Position numbers and translations under genes: made by a program. The notes below the pieces were generated by a model that searched no databases, was not told where the DNA came from, and worked only from the letters and a program-made list of their open reading frames with translations. Shown one piece after another: positions 58,464 through 64,000 of a stretch of 64,000 bases of DNA (its first letter is position 1; every line of letters starts with the position of its first letter). Location: positions 124,001-188,000 of the IMG/VR virus record IMGVR_UViG_3300031884_000002; one strand, 5' to 3'.

Positions 58464-59431
58464 TAAAAAATCCAACCAAATTACAACTTAAAAAATTAAA
58501 AGGAATTGTATATTTAATAAAAAATAAATTGGATGGAAAATGTTATATAGGAAAAACAAAACATAGATTTTCAGATAGATATTCATCGTCTAATTGGATT
58601 AAATATACTACAAATAAATATTTAAAAAACGCAGTTATCAAACATGGAATTGAGAATTTTAAAGTATCAATATTAAAACACGGAATATTAGATAATGAAA
58701 AATTATTAAATTATGAATTAAAATCAATAGAAAAATACAATTCAATTGTGCCAAATGGGTATAATTTCGTAAAAGAAACAGGGGAAGAACATCGAGAATT
58801 TAGTGAAGAAATGAGATTAAATCAAGCAATATCTCAATGTAAAGGAAAAATTTATAAAATTAAAGAAATATCAACAGGAGAAATTAAAGAGTTTAGATGT
58901 CCTAAAGAAATAATAGATAAATATAAAATAAAAGAACAAAATCTCAACCAATTATTCATTGGAAGTATAAGACGTTTAAAGGGAATTTGCTTGCCGGAAA
59001 CAAATCCAGAACAATATGGAAAAAATAGCAAACTTAAAACGTTAGTAGATCAATATGGAAAAATATACCAATTTTATAATTGCAGTAAATTTGGAAGAGA
59101 AAACAAATGTGGAATAAATATGATATTACAATTATGTAATGAAAAATGTTTAATAGCAAAATCTAAAGATGGACGAATATTTAGACTGGAAAAAACATTG
59201 TTAAATAGTACGGAATATTTAATATCCACCAAAGAAATAAATGTTAATCAAAAATATAAAACAATAATATTAACAAAAATAAACGATAATACCGATTTTA
59301 ATATAAATATAAATGAAATCCATAAATTTTGCAAAACTCATAATATATCAAAACGAGAAATATATACATTAACTAATAACGAACAAAAAACAAGCAAAGG
59401 ATTTAAATTAAAAAATATTATTTATTTATAA
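58460..59431 (+). CDS. GIY-YIG homing endonuclease
   Basis: GIVYLIKN...CYIG, HGIENF, PNGYN; inverted between rfbH and the epimerase. Confidence 0.85.
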   Translation: MIKNPTKLQLKKLKGIVYLIKNKLDGKCYIGKTKHRFSDRYSSSNWIKYTTNKYLKNAVIKHGIENFKVSILKHGILDNEKLLNYELKSIEKYNSIVPNGYNFVKETGEEHREFSEEMRLNQAISQCKGKIYKIKEISTGEIKEFRCPKEIIDKYKIKEQNLNQLFIGSIRRLKGICLPETNPEQYGKNSKLKTLVDQYGKIYQFYNCSKFGRENKCGINMILQLCNEKCLIAKSKDGRIFRLEKTLLNSTEYLISTKEINVNQKYKTIILTKINDNTDFNININEIHKFCKTHNISKREIYTLTNNEQKTSKGFKLKNIIYL

Positions 59432-60717
59432 TTCCTCAATACATTCTCCATATATTTAAAATTTTCACTGTCCCAATTAGGATTGGCTCCGACGAAAAAT
59501 AATCTATATAAAATATCATTAGCAACTGGATAATCTAAATAATTTCCATACTGTTTAAACCCCGGTTGCATCAATATATTTGATCCAAATAAATATCTGG
59601 TCTGAATTCCATTCATCTCCAAAAAATTAACTAATTTATCTTTAAAATTTTTATTAGGACATATTAAACACGTTCCAAACCAAGAAACATCAGCATCTTT
59701 TAAAGTATTTATAAAGGTTAACTCTGGGATATACATATGAAATAATGCTTGAGTTAACTCTTTATTTTCTTTTCGTTTTTTATGTATAATATCTATTTTT
59801 TTAAGTTGTTCTATTCCCATTGCGCCTTGAAGGTCTAATAACTGACTATTAAACCCCGGCCTAAAATAAGTATATTTATGATCTTGGATATCATTTAACT
59901 GAGGTATCCATTTACTAAATCTAACTTTGCACTGCCCATCCATACTTAAATTCTCTTGGCCCCTACAATAGCACCCATGTCCCCAACGGCTTAAACTTCT
60001 ACATATGTCTGAAATTTTCTTATTATCTGTAGATATCATGCCACCAGAAATTGTAGTGAGATGGTGAGCCATATAAAAACTGCAACTTGTAGAAATAGCA
60101 TATTCATTGAACGATTTTCCGTTATATAATGAACCATTACTATCACATCCATCATTTATTAGTATTACATTATATTTTTTTGAAATTTCAACTAATTTAT
60201 CCATATTAGGTAAATTTCCAAGTGGAGGAGAAACAAATATAGCAACTGTATCTTTATCTATTTGATTTTCTATTTTACGTAAATCAAAATTTAAAGTGTC
60301 AGTCTCTATATCAACTAAATTTAGTTTTAAATTATTATATAATAATGCACTATAAGTTGTTGGAAACCCAGATATAGAACATATTATATTAGAATTATCT
60401 TTCCATTTATAAAATTCCTTCAATGCTGATATCATTATCAGATTAGCGTCAGACCCACTACTTACAGATACACTATATTTATTACATACCTTTTTAGAAT
60501 ATTCATCCTCAAATTCTTTCACTTTATCGCCCGCAGCCGCCCATTTAGATGTTAAAAATGTCTCTATAACAGAGACAAGTTCCAAATCATCTATAAAAGG
60601 AGTATTATAATATAATTTATTATTAGAATTGGAATAATTCCATTTTGGAAGTGGTCCATATTTCGTCTTTAATTCATCTATAAACTTTGATATGTCGGTT
60701 CGAATTCCAGTATCCAT
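59422..60717 (-). CDS. rfbH: RfbH/DdhC-like PLP-dependent NDP-4-keto-6-deoxysugar 3-dehydrase (DegT family)
   Basis: SSGSDAN, GFPTT, SFYMAHH (His at the catalytic Lys position), CYC...C, DHKY, SWFG. Confidence 0.82.
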   Translation of the reverse strand: MDTGIRTDISKFIDELKTKYGPLPKWNYSNSNNKLYYNTPFIDDLELVSVIETFLTSKWAAAGDKVKEFEDEYSKKVCNKYSVSVSSGSDANLIMISALKEFYKWKDNSNIICSISGFPTTYSALLYNNLKLNLVDIETDTLNFDLRKIENQIDKDTVAIFVSPPLGNLPNMDKLVEISKKYNVILINDGCDSNGSLYNGKSFNEYAISTSCSFYMAHHLTTISGGMISTDNKKISDICRSLSRWGHGCYCRGQENLSMDGQCKVRFSKWIPQLNDIQDHKYTYFRPGFNSQLLDLQGAMGIEQLKKIDIIHKKRKENKELTQALFHMYIPELTFINTLKDADVSWFGTCLICPNKNFKDKLVNFLEMNGIQTRYLFGSNILMQPGFKQYGNYLDYPVANDILYRLFFVGANPNWDSENFKYMENVLRNYK

Positions 60718-60768
60718 TCTAATATAATACAGTATAGTTTGTTAAGTGTCAAGTATATTTATTGATAT

Positions 60769-61098
60769 ATGTTAACAATATGTTGTATAATTTCTATATT
60801 GCTCCTGTGTCAATTCAGAACTGAGTTTTGGATAGAATATTGTAAATTATGCAACCTAAATAATATTTCCTTTTATGAAGATTATGAATTAAAAAAATCA
60901 AATGATGTTACATTGGAATATTTAGATTATTTAAGACAATATCATAACTGTTTTTTCATACGCCTTATAACCTGTCCTATATGTTTAACAATTTGGCTCG
61001 GTATAATGGCTGGAATATTTACCTTATCATTAATTGAAATCCCTATATTTATCATTGGTTCTTTGATTATATTTGGTATAGTTAATAAACTAATATAA
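60769..61098 (+). CDS. membrane protein with CPIC motif
   Basis: Hydrophobic segments; LITCPICLTIW. Confidence 0.55.
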   Translation: MLTICCIISILLLCQFRTEFWIEYCKLCNLNNISFYEDYELKKSNDVTLEYLDYLRQYHNCFFIRLITCPICLTIWLGIMAGIFTLSLIEIPIFIIGSLIIFGIVNKLI

Positions 61099-61388
61099 TG
61101 ATTATAAAAAATGCAACAGAATGTAACAATTTCATAAAAGAAAATGGATTATCTTCATTTGATTCTATGTTCGGACAATTAGACCAATGTTTAACTAAAT
61201 ATCTAACTAAATGTAATTGTCATAAAAAAGAAGATAAAATTAAACTATATCAATCTTGCAATTCTATTTATTACAATTTAACTTCGCAAGCTATACCAAG
61301 ACTACGAGGGCAGATTTTACAACAAACCGGACATAGAATTATATATTTCTATGATAACAATAAACTTATTGGGTCAATAGGTCATTAG
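61098..61388 (+). CDS. hypothetical protein
   Basis: 96-aa ORF; ends TAG-GTT-TAA. Confidence 0.55.
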   Translation: MIIKNATECNNFIKENGLSSFDSMFGQLDQCLTKYLTKCNCHKKEDKIKLYQSCNSIYYNLTSQAIPRLRGQILQQTGHRIIYFYDNNKLIGSIGH

Positions 61389-61758
61389 GTTTAATTTTCC
61401 TAAGAGTATTTAATTCTTCGGGTAATTCTTTATTATCTATCATATATTCGGTTTCAATTAAACATAATATATTCCATGCCGCAGCAATTGCATGATCTTC
61501 ATCACGTTGACCATCCATAAACTTATATAAATGTCTAAATGCAGAATCTAAATATCTATTAAGCGGAATACCTTTACGCCAATTATCGTCTCCATACTTC
61601 TTACTGCCATTCTCAAAATGTTCAGCCAATCTAGTTATTGCATGACACGGAAGTAAATCAAATCTTCCCTTTCCCTCTTGAGTATCTCTACGTGCTCCAG
61701 TACTAAATTCCTGTCTATAACCAGAATCTTTAACTTCGAATTGGGGTTCATTATTCAT
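61366..61758 (-). CDS. dATP/dGTP diphosphohydrolase domain protein (DUF5664)
   Basis: FSTGARRD..EGKGRFDLL, GSKKYG..NWRKG, SAFRH, EDH...AAWN. Confidence 0.85.
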   Translation of the reverse strand: MNNEPQFEVKDSGYRQEFSTGARRDTQEGKGRFDLLPCHAITRLAEHFENGSKKYGDDNWRKGIPLNRYLDSAFRHLYKFMDGQRDEDHAIAAAWNILCLIETEYMIDNKELPEELNTLRKIKPNDLLTQ

Positions 61759-61822
61759 TGTTTTTATCTTCTAATAATTCATTTGCTTCTTTATCGGAAA
61801 GTCCAGTTGATTTTAATATCAT
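61751..61822 (-). pseudogene. orphaned duplicate of the clamp-loader (gp62-like) C-terminus
   Basis: MILKSTGLSDKEANELLED versus QILSSTGLTEKEIQEILDS at the end of 62948..63436. Confidence 0.6.
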
Positions 61823-61900
61823 TCACTATAGTTTATCATTTTTCTTATAAAAAGTAAACTTTTTTTACACTTTTGCATTTTTGTATTATATTTATTCTAT

Positions 61901-62059
61901 ATGACATTAAAAACCTTACGAATATCAGAAGAAACTCATACAGCATTAAAAATTTTTTGTGCTAAAAATAAATTAAAAATTAACAATGAAACTGATAAAA
62001 TAATACATTCATACTTAAAAAAATATGAAAACAAAACTAACAACAAACATATTTATTAA
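61901..62059 (+). CDS. small ribbon-helix-helix-like protein (52 aa, not in ORF track)
   Basis: MTLKTLRISEETHTALKIFCAKNKLKINN...; paralog of 16656..16814. Confidence 0.62.
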   Translation: MTLKTLRISEETHTALKIFCAKNKLKINNETDKIIHSYLKKYENKTNNKHIY

Positions 62060-62951
62060 TAGATCTAATATAGTACATAATAAAAAATATGATTATTCCA
62101 CTTCAAATTACATAAATTCACATACTAAAATTTTAATTATATGTAATATTCACGGGAAATTTTATCAATTGCCATATCATCATTTAAGAGGAATAGGTTG
62201 CCCTAAATGTGGGAAATCTAAAAAATTAACAATTGAAGAGTTTATATTAATATCTAATAAGAAACATAATAATAAATATAATTATTCAAAATCTATATAT
62301 GTAAATAACCATACTAAACTAATAATAAGTTGTCCTAAACACGGTGATTTTTTACAAAAGCCAAACGATCATATGAATGGACATGGATGTGATATATGCG
62401 GAGGAAAAATAAAAATAACTTCTAAAGAATTTATTATTAAAGCAAATTTAATACATAATAATAAATTCGATTATTCTAACATAGAATATACAAATACAAC
62501 CACAAAAACAAATATAAAATGTGTTAAACACGGAGAATTTTATCAATTACCATCAAGTCATTTACAAGGAGTGGGATGCCCCAAATGTAACTATGAAAAA
62601 CTTGCGTTAATTAAAGTATCCAAAGCAGAATCTGATTTTTTAGATTATATAAAAATCGACATAAATAATAGATCTAAATTTATAGAAAATTATATAGTTG
62701 ATGGATATGACCCATTCACCAATACTATATATGAATTCTTAGGAGATTATTGGCACGGTAATCCTAAAAAATTCAAACCAAATAAAATTAATAAGAGTGT
62801 TAATAAAACATATAAAGAATTATATGATTATACATTTCATAGATTTAAAAACATTAAAACTATAGGATATAACATAAACTATATATGGGAAAGTGATTGG
62901 AACACTTTTAAAGATGGACTAACAAAAAAACCAAATATATTTAAATTTTAA
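62025..62951 (+). CDS. free-standing endonuclease (Zn-ribbon repeats plus PD-(D/E)XK-like C-terminal domain)
   Basis: Three C..HG.F.Q....H..G.GC repeats; VDGYDPFTNTIYEFLGDYWHGNP. Confidence 0.8.
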   Translation: MKTKLTTNIFINRSNIVHNKKYDYSTSNYINSHTKILIICNIHGKFYQLPYHHLRGIGCPKCGKSKKLTIEEFILISNKKHNNKYNYSKSIYVNNHTKLIISCPKHGDFLQKPNDHMNGHGCDICGGKIKITSKEFIIKANLIHNNKFDYSNIEYTNTTTKTNIKCVKHGEFYQLPSSHLQGVGCPKCNYEKLALIKVSKAESDFLDYIKIDINNRSKFIENYIVDGYDPFTNTIYEFLGDYWHGNPKKFKPNKINKSVNKTYKELYDYTFHRFKNIKTIGYNINYIWESDWNTFKDGLTKKPNIFKF

Positions 62952-63436
62952 TATTCCGATTCACTATCTAATATTTCTTGTATCTCTTTTTCTGTCAATC
63001 CAGTAGAACTTAAAATTTGTTCAAGTTCAACACTTCCGTTTGGAATAGTCAAAAGTAGCGATACATATTCATTTGCTTGATACGATGGAACTTGAAATCT
63101 ACCACCAACAAGTTTTAATATTTCTTTATGATGTCTAAGTTTTTTAGATTTTATCCAAGGATAAAACTTATCAGATTTAGGAATAATTGCAATCAATAAT
63201 TTATAAAATTGAGCCGATGGTATTTTATCCAATACTTGGTATAATTGTGCCATTTCTTCTAAAATATTAGCATCCATTGATAATGCTCTCAATATCATAA
63301 AATGATTAAACGATTTTTTATCTTCTTCTGATAATTCTAAATAATAGGTAGGAGACTGGATTTGACGTATGTGTTTAACATGGTCAAATATAGATTTTTT
63401 CTTGGGACCTGTATTTTCAGATTTCTTCTTCATCAT
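62948..63436 (-). CDS. clamp loader small subunit (T4 gp62-like)
   Basis: SIFD, FMILRALS, QFYKLL, FYPWIK pattern. Confidence 0.7.
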   Translation of the reverse strand: MMKKKSENTGPKKKSIFDHVKHIRQIQSPTYYLELSEEDKKSFNHFMILRALSMDANILEEMAQLYQVLDKIPSAQFYKLLIAIIPKSDKFYPWIKSKKLRHHKEILKLVGGRFQVPSYQANEYVSLLLTIPNGSVELEQILSSTGLTEKEIQEILDSESEY

Positions 63437-63689
63437 CTGCTTTATGTTTTGATTTATAGAGTGATGTTTTCTTATGATTTCGTTCAACTATTAATATTCG
63501 GTTTAATAAAGACTGATCGTTTTTTTGCAAAATATCATCATTATCTTGAAGAATATCCATTTTCTTAAGTATAAAAGGAACATCTTGAGATGTCAACTTA
63601 ATCATTTTCTTATTAAGAAAATAGAATAATATATACACTGTAACTATACTTATACTAAGTAATATCAGAGAAATAATTAGATATATCAT
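63417..63689 (-). CDS. membrane-anchored hypothetical protein
   Basis: N-terminal TM helix. Confidence 0.5.
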   Translation of the reverse strand: MIYLIISLILLSISIVTVYILFYFLNKKMIKLTSQDVPFILKKMDILQDNDDILQKNDQSLLNRILIVERNHKKTSLYKSKHKADDEEEI

Positions 63690-64000
63690 TGTTTATATTT
63701 CGAAGTATATTTTCCATCCCAATCAACGTCTTCAATATAAAGTTCTTTATATGGATTGGTATGTTTTTTATTTTTTTTATTTTTTACGTTTTTATACTTA
63801 TCACGATTTTCTTTAAATGATTTCCCCATATTTTTAGTAGTTAAATGTTTTCATTGCCATACATATATATTAGATATGATTGTTAAAAACATTATTAACC
63901 CAGAGAAAAAAGACAATGTAATTGGAAATGTCTTTCATATATTCTATCCTGATATAGCCAATTCCATATTATTTGATAGTGATTTATCTTCGTGTATCAT

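Noticed and set aside
1-64000. Genome-wide TAG reassignment (genetic code 15)
   Set aside because: Long genes are intact under code 11 and coding density is already high; in-frame TAGs were found only in pth2. Late genes outside the window could still differ.

Overview
AT-rich, gene-dense segment of a large lytic dsDNA phage genome (jumbo/T4-like replication set: family B DNA polymerase, sliding clamp, two clamp-loader subunits, SF2 helicase, RecB-like nuclease). It also carries a very large glycan-building region (many glycosyltransferases, methyltransferases, RfbH-type dehydrase, NDP-sugar C-methyltransferase, epimerases) and about ten free-standing homing-type endonucleases or their remnants. 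All product calls are by eye from motifs; no database searches were run. Two systems stand out. (1) An amber-suppressor tRNA (anticodon CTA, 7456-7530) sits about 210 bp upstream of a peptidyl-tRNA hydrolase (Pth2) gene whose only ATG start is followed by two in-frame ACA-TAG codons (MNT*IDSPT*VDTT-LRLYALVRTDL...). Pth2 expression therefore appears gated by amber read-through, although the rest of the window uses the standard code. (2) A dUTPase gene is fractured into two ORFs carrying the halves of a naturally split intein, with an endonuclease gene between them. Also seen: a GT4 glycosyltransferase split without an intein, an IS200/IS605-like right-end hairpin that supplies the DNA polymerase stop codon, small DNA-binding ORFs paired with endonucleases, a duplicated clamp-loader 3' end flanking an endonuclease cassette, a PEP-CTERM-like protein, and two promoter classes.
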